A DNA stretch of 64,000 nt, taken from contig CM000434.1 in the NCBI GenBank assembly GCA_000165345.1, forward strand, positions 224,001-288,000, given 5' to 3'. Made by a program: the position numbers and the translations under genes. The notes beneath the pieces were generated by a model. The model saw only the letters and a list, made by a program, of their open reading frames with translations. It did not search any database and was not told the origin of the DNA. Below, one piece after another: positions 1 to 10,578 of the stretch; position 1 is the stretch's first letter, and each line of letters starts with the position of its first letter.

Positions 1-129
1 CGTGTAAACAATAATTATATAAATATATATTTAATATAATTATTAAAAATAATAATAAAATGCCCCGCGCCTAAAGACAAGTTAATTACTATTAAAAAAG
101 ACCGCCCAATCCGGCCTCGATTTCTCTTA

Positions 130-202
130 TACGGGTTACGAGGATCGAACTCGTGATCTCTCGCGTGTTAGGCGAGCGTCATAGCCACTAGACCAAACCC
201 GC
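130..202 (-). tRNA. tRNA-Val(AAC), 73 nt
   Basis: The minus-strand sequence GCGGGTT-TG-GTCT..ATGAC-G-CTCGC-CTAACAC-GCGAG-AGATC-ACGAG-TTCGATC-CTCGT-AACCCGT-A folds as a cloverleaf. The anticodon arm CGCCTAACACGCG is identical to eukaryotic tRNA-Val(AAC). TTCGATC is the T-loop, and a T6 run lies about 30 nt downstream on the minus strand (A-run at 93-99 on plus). Confidence 0.8.
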
Positions 203-702
203 TACGTTTGGAAAGATCATAGATCGTAGTTATAATATTTCAGAAGAGAAGAAAAAAATTAATACTGATCAATTCTACCGGTTAAAGGTGTGTTATATCA
301 GTGAGGTAATTTTTCTTCATTTTTTAATAAAAATCAGAAAAAATCAAAAAATATAAAACCTAAGAATAGAGGGAATTTAGGGCAATTTCTTTTCTCACAA
401 AGGATATTTGGAATGCAGCTTGAATAAGTAATTATGAAGAACTTTCAATTCCGAGAAATTTTTATTCACTTCAAATCCCGATTATATTTCAATTATACAC
501 ATCTAGCAAGGCTTATCATTAACAGAACTCATCTTTCCCAATATATTAAATAATCTCCTAATTAACAGTGACCGAATTTACTCTCTATGATTCACATAAT
601 TTTGTAAACATGAAGTACTCTTATAAACATTGGCTATTACGCTCTTCCACGTACAATTTGTTAAAAAGTATCTATCTATTCATCTACCGCATGAACATTT
701 AA

Positions 703-893
703 TCCTATCTCTTCTCCCTTCCTCTCACTATCCTTCTTTCCCCCTCCTCTCCCCTCCTCTCCCCTCCTCTCCCCTCCTCTCTCCTCTTTTCCCCTTTTTT
801 CCCCTCATCCCCACTTCTTTCACTATCTCTCCTCCCCTTTTCTCTCCCTTCTTTTCTCTTTTCTTTGTCCCTTTTTTGCTTCCCCCCATTTTA
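703..893. repeat. Polypyrimidine (CT-rich) microsatellite tract, repeating units (CCTCTCC)n / (CTCTT)n
   Basis: Read directly: cctctcccctcctctcccctcctctcccctcctctctcctcttttcccc... It is responsible for the spurious ORF 630..905. Confidence 0.9.
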
Positions 894-1003
894 ATCAAAA
901 ATTAACTTTGGCGGGTGGCGCCTAAACATGCATATTTGCAGTATAATACAAAAATTATTTTACACTCCCTCGTAATTTCCCCCCTGCAAGAGTGAATATA
1001 ATA

Positions 1004-1080
1004 ATATAAATATATATATATTTATATTTACATTCATATGTATTTATATATATATTTATAATATATATATAAATAATATA
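1004..1080. repeat. TA-rich simple sequence (TA dinucleotide runs and ATATTTAT units)
   Basis: Direct observation of atatatatatatttatatttacattcatatgtatttatatatatatttataatatatatataaataatat. Confidence 0.7.
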
Positions 1081-1418
1081 ATTCTTAGATATTAACATTT
1101 CAAGACTCGAAAATATACTGAGAGTGAAAGTTGAATGATTTTGATGGAATTAACCACATTTGGAAATATATAGATTTACGAGAAAAGTGCGCAAACTTAT
1201 AAATTTCCTTGAACTCTAAATCGCAAGTAAATTTCACTCAAACTTTAGTAATCACAATCAAAACTTCCAAAAGCTTTGATTATTGCTATACAAACTCATT
1301 TAGAGGAGAAAAAAAAAGGATCAAAGGGTTAGGAGGGAATATAATAACAACTCACTATTAAAATTAAAATTAATATTAATATTTAAACGGTATATATGTG
1401 AATACAAGAGTGAAAGAA

Positions 1419-4400
1419 ATGTCAGCTTTATTCTCGTTAAATTTTAGAAACCAAAACAAATCAAAGCAGGAAAAGGAGGAAAACTTGACTAAAGAGACAA
1501 AAATAGAAAAAATAGAAGTCATGGAATCAAATTTTCAAAAGAATACAGAAAATATGAAATTTACGATTAAAAATGAACAGGTAGAAGATCAACAAGCAGA
1601 TATTTCTATACAAATAAAGGAGTCAAATAATGATAATGAAAAAGATTGTGTGCTTTTACATTCTGATACTTTGAGTAAATACCAAAAACAAAATCTTGAA
1701 ACTTTTGACCCTATAAACTCAAAATGGTACACAGAATTTGACAAAAAGGGACGAATTTCCTGTGTAGGAAGTCATGGAAATATCCGTATTTTAGCTGGGG
1801 ATACTTTAGCTTTAAGATTATATAATGGTACAATTCAAGGTGAGAGCTTTGTTATTACCATAGAAGATTTCTTTGGAAATAGAAAGATTATTCCTCCAAA
1901 AGATACAGATTCTTTAGGAAATTTCTATTGGGACCTAAAAATAACTGAACCAGGCTCTGTTCAAATTTCTATTTCTGTTGTAAATTGCTTTCAAGAATCA
2001 AAAGAAATCATCCAAAAGCTTAATGATAATTTAATAACTAATACAATCATTGTAGAACCAAAACTATATATCAACAATAACTTTATCCCAAGCTCAGGAA
2101 TTTGTATGCAAACAATTCTTAGTCAATGTTTAGGTAATATTCAAAACTGGAAGAGACGCCTTGAAATTACTTCAAAGCTTAATTATAATATGGTTCACTT
2201 TACTCCTTTACAGATTTTTGGCCAATCTGGATCCTGTTATTCCCTAGCAAATCAAAATGAAATATCCTCTTTATTCTTTAATAATGAATTTGATAAAGAC
2301 CAAAGCCAAAATTTGACTAATAAAGATACAAAGTCTATTCAAAATGATACTGAGACTAAAAAAACTTATACACCTGAAGAAAAATATAATTTCCTTAAAC
2401 AAGTTATTAATGAGTTGGAAATAGACTATGGGATCTTATCTGCTTGTGATGTAGTTCTAAATCATACTGCAGATAATTCTCCTTGGTTAAAAGAGCATCC
2501 TGAATCCGGTTATAATTTGGATAACTCTCCTCATCTTACAGCAGCTGTTGAACTTGATCAAAAATTGCAAGAATTCTCAAGAAATATATATCACGGAAAA
2601 TATTTAAATTCATATGGGATTAACAAAAATATTAATAATATTCAAAATGTTGATTCAGTCATTTCAGCTTTAAAGAATGAGGTTATTAACCCTTTCAATA
2701 TTAAAGATTTCTTCACTCTAAATATTAATGAAATCATTCAAAATTCTAAAATGGGTAATTCTTCTCAATCTATATTAGATCCTAAACAAGAAAGAGAGTA
2801 CAATGATATGATTAAGAGAATCAATGAAAATGATACCTTTGAGAATAAAATCTATAATCTATCCCTCTTCTTTTCATGTTCAAGTAGATCCAAGAAAATC
2901 ACAATTCCATCATATATTCTTAAAAAGATGAATCTTTCAAATATTTCAGAAAATATATTGGAAAATGTTCAGAATAGACTCTTTGAGTTTTCTGAACAAA
3001 TTTCAAATAATATTTGTAACTCAATTAGAGGTCTGGTAGTTTGGGAAAGAGTTGAATGTAGCAAAGGGCCAATAGGACTGAATCACTGGGAATCATTAAC
3101 CCCAAGGTACTTTACCCCAATTGAAGATTCTCAAGGAAGGACTCACTATCTCGCAAATAACGGCTGGGTAATGGGATGGAATGCTAAAGAAGACTTTGCT
3201 GCTCCTGGATCTTTTGTTTATCTTAAAAGAGATTTGATTGTTTGGTCTGATTGTGTTAAGCTCAAATATGGAAACTGTGAATCAGAATCTACATTTCTAT
3301 GGAAATGGATGTCTGATTATTGTAAGAGTATTGCAAATATATTCCATGCAATTAGACTTGATAACTGCCACTCTACTCCTCTCCATGTTGCTAAACATAT
3401 GCTCAGAGTATGTAGGGAGACCAGACCAAATATATGGGTATATGCTGAACTTTTCACTGGTGACTACGAAGTAGATTTAGAATTTGAAAGAACTCTTGGA
3501 CTTAATGCTTTAATTAGAGAAGCTATGAGAGCTGAAACACCAGGATCTTTAGGGAATTACGTAAGCAACTATAGTACAGCTCCAATTGGAGGCTTATCCA
3601 CGGTTCCAAGTTTATTCCAAGCAGTTAATTCCGAGAATCTAAATAAAAAGAGTAACCAAGAAACTCTTATATCACTTCCTATACTGCAAGGAGCTAAACC
3701 TCTCAAGAGACTCTCATGTCCAGCAATCTTCTTTGATTGTACTCATGATAATGAAACTCCTTGCGAAATCCGTACTCCTATTGACACTTTACCAACAGCA
3801 GCTTTGGTTGCTTCAACTAATTGTGCTCTTGGCTCTACCAGAGGTTTTGATGAGATTGTACCTCATAATATTAGTGTAGTATCTGAAAGACGACTTTATC
3901 AAAACTATATTGTCAATGTTAATGGAGATGAAAAAAGTCAACCTAAAGGCAAAGAATCAATAGAATTAAGCTTAAGATCAAGATCTAATAGTTTTGGTCC
4001 ATTTCAGAAACTTGCTAGTAATTATCTCACAGAGCCTTCTACAATTAACTGGAACTTTGGAAAAATCAAAAGTAATAATTCCAATATCTCCACAGAAATT
4101 ACTGTTGAATGGAGACATCCTGCCAATACTGTTGAAATACGTGGAGATTGGGATGACTGGAAAGAAGGTATTCAACTTGAGAAACATCCAAACGGTAACT
4201 TTATCGCAAAACTCTTTATTAGGTTTGGAATGAAGCCAGAACAAACTCAAATTCATGATCAAGAAAGTAAGAGTCATAACTCATCCAAAATTATTTATCC
4301 AATTAACCATCGTCTACAATATGAATATAAGTACATTGTAGATGGGAATTGGATGCATGATCCAAATCTACCCTATACTTCAGATGATAAAGGAAATACC

Positions 4401-7094
4401 AATAATATTATTACACTATTAAAGAGGCAAAGATCTATTGCTATGGTATCAAAATGGAAGCATGGTGATCAGCTTCCTGGCATTATGAGTGCCAGAAAGA
4501 TTCTTAATAAGTTACACCAACAAATGGCTTTGTTTGGGTTCAATGAATCTCATGTACACTATCTCACTTCAGATATTTTGATGGTTCAGAGATATAATCC
4601 CAAGATCCAAGAAAATATCTACTTCATTACTCATTCTTCTTTTACTAGAAACAAGATTGATCAACTCCCAGAAACCATTGTATTGGATGGTTGTATTAAA
4701 GATATAGTCTTTGCCGGTTCTTTGTTTGTTCCAAACTACACTTCAGTATATAAAAATGATACAAATAGAATACATGGATTAGATTCAGAGCTTCATAAAT
4801 ACAAGAAACTTGAAGAAATCTCAGCCTACTCTTACGATCCTGTAAAGAATATTACCATTATAAACTTTAACAGATTCCCTCCTGGATCACTAGTAATACT
4901 TCATACAATCAGACATAAAGGATTTTCTGTTACTCAAAATGCATTATTGGAATTCTATAGAAATACACAACAAAGCTTACCAAAAATTCTTACCAATTGT
5001 CTGGAATCTGATCATTGTCATCCTTCTGATGCTATTAATTATATTCTATTTAGCTGTAACAACGAAGAACTTGACAGAAGCTCAGGAAGTAGAGGAGTAT
5101 ACAATGTTCCAAATCTTGGAGATTTTGTCTATTGTGGGATTTATAGCTGTATACATGCTTTTGATACTGCAAGAAAAATGGAAGATAATGGTACTAATCA
5201 TCCATTTGTTTTACATCTTAAACAAGGACCTTGGTATATTAATTATGTAATTCAAAGATTAAAGGAATATAAAGGTACTGGATTTAATGGACATAAAAAA
5301 TCTTATCCAAACTATTTGGAAAACTCAGAATCTGAGAATATTCGTCCATTATCAGAACTTGCCGAATGGATTGAGGTACAGTACTCTTTGATAAACAAAA
5401 TAGCAAATATACCAATAGAGTATATTATATCCTATATAGATATGATGTTTTCTTCCATTTACAGAAATATCTTATATTACGTTTTAAATAGTGACAAAAG
5501 TAAAGTTTTACTTGAAACAAGTTCAAAAGATATCTCAGACTTCCTATTAAAACAAGATCCTTTATATATTCATCTTCAACTAGCTACTTATCAGGTATAT
5601 TCTTATGTACCATCATCTCCTTTAATTTGGAATTCCAAGATCCCATCTATTTCTGCAGGACTCCCTCACTTTTCAACAGGATTCATGAGAAGTTGGGGAA
5701 GAGATACATTTATTGCATTTAATGGTATTTTAATTTCTTCTAAAAGATATTTAGAAGCAAAACAAGAGATTCTTGGAGTTGCAAGGCTGATGAGGCATGG
5801 TTTAATTCCAAATCTGATAGACTCTGGAAATAGGCCGAGATATAATGCAAGAGATGCAACATGGTTCTTTTTGAATGCAGCTCTTGATTATTGTGTTAAT
5901 ATCCCAAATGGATATCAAATCCTAAATGAGGATATTGAACTTAGATTCACATTAAATCTTGAGGAAGATTTGTCAAAGTTCAAGGAAGCTTTTGAATGGC
6001 TAAAAATTAAATTTGATTATACTCAAAGTGAAAGAAAGGACCTTAAAAATATTCGAATACTTAAATTTTCCGATATTATACAATATATTATGGTAAAACA
6101 CGTTGTAGGTATTAAATTTAGAGAGGAAAATGCTGGAGTTCAGTTGGATGAGCAAATGACGGACTTGGGATTCAATATTGAAGTAAATTGGGACCCTTCT
6201 AATGGTTTAATTTTTGGTGGAAATATCCATAACTGTGGAACCTGGATGGATAAGATGGGTTCATCTGTGAAAGCTAATAATAAAGGAATTCCATCTTCTC
6301 CAAGAGATGGAGCAGACATTGAAATAATTGCTCTTTTATATTCATGTATTAATCATCTAATTACCCTTCAAAATTTAAATAGATTCCCTCATAAAGGAGT
6401 GACTCATCCAGGTTCTGGTTACATTTCTTATTCAGACTGGTCAAAACTTATTAAAACAAACTTTGAACGTTGTTTCTATATTCCTTCTTGCGATAGTAAT
6501 GAATATTATGTTGACAGTAAAATTGTGAATAGAAGAGAAATTTATAAAGATACTTTCAAATCAACCCATGGATGGACAGACTATCAACTCAGATGTAATC
6601 TTGCTGTAGCAATTGGTGTTTCAAAAGATCTATTTGATCATGAGCATGCTATTAAAAGTATTGAAGCTGTTGAGAAGTATTTATTCTCTCCAAATATGCT
6701 TGGAATTAAGACATTAGATCCATCAGATTATAATTATAGGCCTAATTATGATAATTCTAATGATTCTGAAGATTATAAAATAGCTCATGGATTTAACTAT
6801 CATCAAGGTCCTGAATGGGTTTGGCCTATGGGACATTTTCTTATGGCAAAATATCAACTCTTAAAGGAAAAATACGAAAAAACTATTAGTACTGAAAAAG
6901 CCACCAAGTTAGCTATTTCTGAAACAATGAAATATCTGATGAACCATAGAAATCACATAATTTCGGACCAATGGGGTTCTTTGCCAGAGCTCACTAATGA
7001 CAACGGATCATTTTGCAAAGATAGTTGTTTTGCCCAAGCTTGGTCAGTTGGTACCATTTTGTATTTCCTTACATCTGTAATGAATAATCAATAG
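1419..7094 (+). CDS. Glycogen debranching enzyme (4-alpha-glucanotransferase / amylo-alpha-1,6-glucosidase), about 1891 aa, with an embedded AMPK-beta-like CBM48 glycogen-binding module
   Basis: A single uninterrupted ORF. The six-frame start at 1398 is GTG, and the first in-frame ATG is at 1419 (MSALFSLNF...). The N-terminal glucanotransferase region contains LSACDVVLNHTADNSPW and the C-terminal GDE_C region contains GPEWVWPMGHF...AQAWSVG, which match eukaryotic AGL/Gdb1 from memory. Residues around 4098-4425 (ITVEWRHPANTVEIRGDWDDWKEG...YEYKYIVDGNWMHDPN...NNIITL) resemble the AMPK-beta glycogen-binding domain. Confidence 0.85.
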   Translation: MSALFSLNFRNQNKSKQEKEENLTKETKIEKIEVMESNFQKNTENMKFTIKNEQVEDQQADISIQIKESNNDNEKDCVLLHSDTLSKYQKQNLETFDPINSKWYTEFDKKGRISCVGSHGNIRILAGDTLALRLYNGTIQGESFVITIEDFFGNRKIIPPKDTDSLGNFYWDLKITEPGSVQISISVVNCFQESKEIIQKLNDNLITNTIIVEPKLYINNNFIPSSGICMQTILSQCLGNIQNWKRRLEITSKLNYNMVHFTPLQIFGQSGSCYSLANQNEISSLFFNNEFDKDQSQNLTNKDTKSIQNDTETKKTYTPEEKYNFLKQVINELEIDYGILSACDVVLNHTADNSPWLKEHPESGYNLDNSPHLTAAVELDQKLQEFSRNIYHGKYLNSYGINKNINNIQNVDSVISALKNEVINPFNIKDFFTLNINEIIQNSKMGNSSQSILDPKQEREYNDMIKRINENDTFENKIYNLSLFFSCSSRSKKITIPSYILKKMNLSNISENILENVQNRLFEFSEQISNNICNSIRGLVVWERVECSKGPIGLNHWESLTPRYFTPIEDSQGRTHYLANNGWVMGWNAKEDFAAPGSFVYLKRDLIVWSDCVKLKYGNCESESTFLWKWMSDYCKSIANIFHAIRLDNCHSTPLHVAKHMLRVCRETRPNIWVYAELFTGDYEVDLEFERTLGLNALIREAMRAETPGSLGNYVSNYSTAPIGGLSTVPSLFQAVNSENLNKKSNQETLISLPILQGAKPLKRLSCPAIFFDCTHDNETPCEIRTPIDTLPTAALVASTNCALGSTRGFDEIVPHNISVVSERRLYQNYIVNVNGDEKSQPKGKESIELSLRSRSNSFGPFQKLASNYLTEPSTINWNFGKIKSNNSNISTEITVEWRHPANTVEIRGDWDDWKEGIQLEKHPNGNFIAKLFIRFGMKPEQTQIHDQESKSHNSSKIIYPINHRLQYEYKYIVDGNWMHDPNLPYTSDDKGNTNNIITLLKRQRSIAMVSKWKHGDQLPGIMSARKILNKLHQQMALFGFNESHVHYLTSDILMVQRYNPKIQENIYFITHSSFTRNKIDQLPETIVLDGCIKDIVFAGSLFVPNYTSVYKNDTNRIHGLDSELHKYKKLEEISAYSYDPVKNITIINFNRFPPGSLVILHTIRHKGFSVTQNALLEFYRNTQQSLPKILTNCLESDHCHPSDAINYILFSCNNEELDRSSGSRGVYNVPNLGDFVYCGIYSCIHAFDTARKMEDNGTNHPFVLHLKQGPWYINYVIQRLKEYKGTGFNGHKKSYPNYLENSESENIRPLSELAEWIEVQYSLINKIANIPIEYIISYIDMMFSSIYRNILYYVLNSDKSKVLLETSSKDISDFLLKQDPLYIHLQLATYQVYSYVPSSPLIWNSKIPSISAGLPHFSTGFMRSWGRDTFIAFNGILISSKRYLEAKQEILGVARLMRHGLIPNLIDSGNRPRYNARDATWFFLNAALDYCVNIPNGYQILNEDIELRFTLNLEEDLSKFKEAFEWLKIKFDYTQSERKDLKNIRILKFSDIIQYIMVKHVVGIKFREENAGVQLDEQMTDLGFNIEVNWDPSNGLIFGGNIHNCGTWMDKMGSSVKANNKGIPSSPRDGADIEIIALLYSCINHLITLQNLNRFPHKGVTHPGSGYISYSDWSKLIKTNFERCFYIPSCDSNEYYVDSKIVNRREIYKDTFKSTHGWTDYQLRCNLAVAIGVSKDLFDHEHAIKSIEAVEKYLFSPNMLGIKTLDPSDYNYRPNYDNSNDSEDYKIAHGFNYHQGPEWVWPMGHFLMAKYQLLKEKYEKTISTEKATKLAISETMKYLMNHRNHIISDQWGSLPELTNDNGSFCKDSCFAQAWSVGTILYFLTSVMNNQ

Positions 7095-7880
7095 ATAACA
7101 ATCCTAAACATTTTCTTCTATCTTTCTTCTTAAAAAATATTCATTTTAATAATCAATGTTAGTTAAAAAAGTTTGTAAAATTTTAATTTAAAAAGCTATC
7201 CATTTTCATTTTTTCTTTTTTAATTATATTTTATATTATTGCATAAATTGCATGTTGAATTATGAATTTTGTCTTTATTTTTGACACGTAATTGCATGTG
7301 GACATTAATAATAATAAATTATTAGGAACAAATAAGAGGTTAATTAATGATCTAACTTTTTTCCTTTTTTAAGAAGAGATTTAAATCATTTTTCCAATCA
7401 ATTGTTATTAATTTAGTTAATTATTTTTATTAATAGCTCTAAATTCATTCAAACCAAGTAAATTAAATGGATAAATGTGTGTGCAGGAGAGAATAATAAA
7501 AGAAAAAAAGTATTATGAGTGAAATTAGGTCAAATAAGAACGAAAATATCGAAGATATAATTAGATTTTATGAAAAGAGTAAGTTTAGATGTAAAACAAA
7601 TTTGATGGACAAAAAATAATATTAACAAAACTTTTTTTGTGTGGAAAATGAATTTTTTGTATTTATATTAAGTAATACAATCACAAAAAAAAACAGTAAG
7701 TTGCATGCAAATATAAATATTATTTATTTTTAATAAAATAATTAAACAAAATATATATTTCTACATATATATATTTGTTCGGATAAATAGAATCAGAGTC
7801 TACTAAATGAAAACATAAGATTGAGAGCGAAAATAAGGAATGAGTATTTAAAACAAAATGAAGAGACATCTGGAAATATA

Positions 7881-8396
7881 ATGCTTTCAACTCCTCCACA
7901 GCTAAGCCAAATAAGAAGAGTAAAATTTCAACCAACACTATCACCAATTGCACAGTCTCCATTATCGGAAAATGTAAGTAAATCATCTCCAAAGATTGAA
8001 AAAGAAATGAAGAATATTGGGACTCAGACAGATTTAGTGGAATTAAAGGCAATATCTAAAGTTTGTGAAAATAGGATAGAAATTAAAACAAAAGAAGATT
8101 CGATCGATGAAACAGAAAACCAATATGAATTGGACGAAATTAAGAGTATTAATACTGGAGAAATTATGATAAATTATAACAAGATTAAAGAGAATCAGAA
8201 ACAAAGGATGAACCAATTTGAAGCAAATCCAGAAAAAGATATACAAACAAAAAAATATTCTCTAAGAGAGAATTCAAGATCAATCACTTATACTGTTCCT
8301 TCTTTAAGGGTAAAATTAAGAAGAGATACAGAAAAACCAGAATATAATCCTTTTAAAACACATAATTACTTTAAACCAAAAAAAATTCTGAATTAA
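7881..8396 (+). CDS. Hypothetical low-complexity protein, about 171 aa from the first ATG
   Basis: The ORF 7821..8396 starts at TTG, and the first in-frame ATG is 7881 (MLSTPPQLSQ...). A GCATGCA box at about 7705 lies upstream. I recognise no domain, and the ORF may be spurious. Confidence 0.3.
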   Translation: MLSTPPQLSQIRRVKFQPTLSPIAQSPLSENVSKSSPKIEKEMKNIGTQTDLVELKAISKVCENRIEIKTKEDSIDETENQYELDEIKSINTGEIMINYNKIKENQKQRMNQFEANPEKDIQTKKYSLRENSRSITYTVPSLRVKLRRDTEKPEYNPFKTHNYFKPKKILN

Positions 8397-8436
8397 AGGT
8401 ATTTATTGAGAGATAAAGAAGAAAAAATAGTATTAA

Positions 8437-10578
8437 TTAATAAATAATTTGAGAATCTTTTTCGGAAATATTAAGAGGTAATAAAATATTGACATATTTA
8501 TCTTTAGATATAGATTTGAAAAAGCTTGCATTCTTCCAAGAAACTCCATTTTTTTTATAAATAGATTCAGGATCATCTTTTCCAGTATAATGGGGATCTA
8601 CCAACAAATATTGGACATTATTAGGGTTAAAAGGAGAAGAAGGATCTTTTGAAATTTGAATTGCTACTAATAAATACGAATAATCTCCAATACTAAGAAT
8701 TATTGGTGTTGAGACATTTTGAAAATGATCAGAAATTGTATTATAATCTTTAAGAAATTCTTCAATATCATAAAAGTATTTTAATTTACAAGAAATTCCA
8801 AGATACATCATTAAAAGATATGAAGCTTCAACAGTTCCAATCCAAATTTTTGATCCAATTTCAAGGTTGCTATGTGTTGGATCATTTTTTCTTAAGAAAT
8901 CTTGAATTTCTGGTATTGTCAAAATATGTTTATTAGTATAATTATTAATAAGGTACCAACTAAATACCATTTGAAGAGATCTATAAGTACAACCCCAACC
9001 AATATCTTTGAAATTATCATGATTATAATGATAATAGTAAAAATCTCCATAACATTGGTAAATTATAGGTAGTTTTAATTTTTGTTTTCTTGGGTAATTT
9101 GGATCTAAATTCAAATCAAAATTTCCATCAAAATCTAATTCAAGATCTTGATCTAAATCTAAATCTAAACCATTATTAATAAATTCTTCCGAGTCTGTTT
9201 TATTCTTATTTAGATCAAAATTAGTTTTTTTGTCTTTTATCTTTGAATTTTTTAATTTCATTTGTTCAATCAGAAATAAATGTGGTGAGACAAGCTTGTC
9301 GTGATAGTATTTAATATTTTCTGGTTCATTCTTAGGCTTTGGAATTAGTGCAAGATTCTTAGTAATGGATGGTATTAAGGGATAAATATTGAGTATATTT
9401 GACCAAAGCTTTCTAAGAGCTTTTTTGTCAGAGTTATTTTCAAATAGAATTCCAGTATTAAGAAGAGTTATTGGGAAAGAAATATGGGAAACTTTGAATA
9501 AATAAAATTCAAATTCATAGTTATCTGAAAATGTTGTTGATGAAGAATAAAGTTGTGAATAATAAAAAAGACGAGTTGGATTATTTACCCTTTCTTTAAT
9601 GTAATTACATTGGTTAATGAAACATTTTTTAATCGTATTTTGAAAAGACATTAACTCATCATTATCCTTGAGCTTAAAGATACAGGCTTGGAGATGTAAG
9701 TTAATTTTCTGAAAAGATTTCTCATCATTATTAGTAATTGTATAGGATGTAAAGAAATGAGAATTTGAATTTTCATTCGAATTTGATTCAATATGTTGAA
9801 TATTTTGAGAAAAAAAGACTGGAATTTGTATTGGGAAAGAATTCAAATCTTTGTTGATGAATTTGTAATTTTTATTGTAATTATAGATATTTAAAAATTG
9901 ATGATAATTATTATTGAGAGAATTTGGGGTTTGTACAACCAAATTTGATTCAATAATTTCTTCAATAGATGAAATATTTGAATCAATTTGGTTACTTTCG
10001 TGGGAATTTGTAGATAAAATTGGCAAAGAAATATGAATTTCACAAGAGTAAAATTGTCCAATTTCTGAAAGATCCTTAATCATCTTTATTCTTGAATCAG
10101 GAATCAAATAATTTGCATTTTGATTTATTAGAAAAATCTTTAATGATGATATAACTGAAAGAATATTAAAATCTGGAACAATCACTAAATTTGGAAAGTC
10201 ATTTGGATTCCAAAACTTTCCATATTTATTATTATGTTTTTTATAATCCACTTTAATTATATTAATCCATTCTGAACAATCTGATTTGCTTTGTATTGAA
10301 CCTAAAATTGTAAATCCTTCAGGTAAACTAATTATTATATCTTCAATAAATTCAGTAATAGATTTGTCCCAATCCAAACAGTTGAGTTTAACAACATCTG
10401 ATATTATCACTATATTTCTATTAGAAATTCTGTTTTTCTTATAGTACCCTATTGCAAAATATTTAGCATTAATTGATTCTCCAATTTCATCTTGAGCAAT
10501 TTCAAGTCTATTCAAGTTGTTTAAGAGGCTATCCAATATGTAAATATCAAAGTTTTCCAGTTCATTTATTATACTCAT
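8437..10578 (-). CDS. Ufm1-specific protease 2 (peptidase C78)-like protein with a long N-terminal extension, 713 aa
   Basis: The C-terminal region has the C78 catalytic signatures GWGCTYRSLQM (catalytic Cys; consensus WGCGYR) and LLVDPHYTGKDD (catalytic His/Asp; consensus DPHY). The ATG at 10576-10578 is confirmed. Confidence 0.6.
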   Translation of the reverse strand: MSIINELENFDIYILDSLLNNLNRLEIAQDEIGESINAKYFAIGYYKKNRISNRNIVIISDVVKLNCLDWDKSITEFIEDIIISLPEGFTILGSIQSKSDCSEWINIIKVDYKKHNNKYGKFWNPNDFPNLVIVPDFNILSVISSLKIFLINQNANYLIPDSRIKMIKDLSEIGQFYSCEIHISLPILSTNSHESNQIDSNISSIEEIIESNLVVQTPNSLNNNYHQFLNIYNYNKNYKFINKDLNSFPIQIPVFFSQNIQHIESNSNENSNSHFFTSYTITNNDEKSFQKINLHLQACIFKLKDNDELMSFQNTIKKCFINQCNYIKERVNNPTRLFYYSQLYSSSTTFSDNYEFEFYLFKVSHISFPITLLNTGILFENNSDKKALRKLWSNILNIYPLIPSITKNLALIPKPKNEPENIKYYHDKLVSPHLFLIEQMKLKNSKIKDKKTNFDLNKNKTDSEEFINNGLDLDLDQDLELDFDGNFDLNLDPNYPRKQKLKLPIIYQCYGDFYYYHYNHDNFKDIGWGCTYRSLQMVFSWYLINNYTNKHILTIPEIQDFLRKNDPTHSNLEIGSKIWIGTVEASYLLMMYLGISCKLKYFYDIEEFLKDYNTISDHFQNVSTPIILSIGDYSYLLVAIQISKDPSSPFNPNNVQYLLVDPHYTGKDDPESIYKKNGVSWKNASFFKSISKDKYVNILLPLNISEKDSQIIY

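Noticed and set aside
1-100. Possible telomere or subtelomere at the window start
   Set aside because: There are no TTTAGG-type telomeric repeats. The cctaaa sequences present are single GC-box occurrences, not arrays.
630-905. ORF of 91 aa (MAITLFHVQF...PLLSPPLPSSPLLSPL...)
   Set aside because: It is simply the translation of the CT-rich microsatellite. It has no start context or promoter boxes, and its composition is set by the repeat.
3238-5250. Several 60-100 aa ORFs inside or antisense to the debranching-enzyme gene (3238, 3978-, 3994, 4939)
   Set aside because: They are nested in a long, clearly conserved CDS and are typical AT-rich frame noise.
7515-7578. Possible 5' exon (ATG...GAAAAGAG|GTAAGT) for the 7881 ORF
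   Set aside because: I could not join it in frame to the downstream ORF with any nearby AG acceptor. Both candidate acceptors run into stop codons within a few codons.
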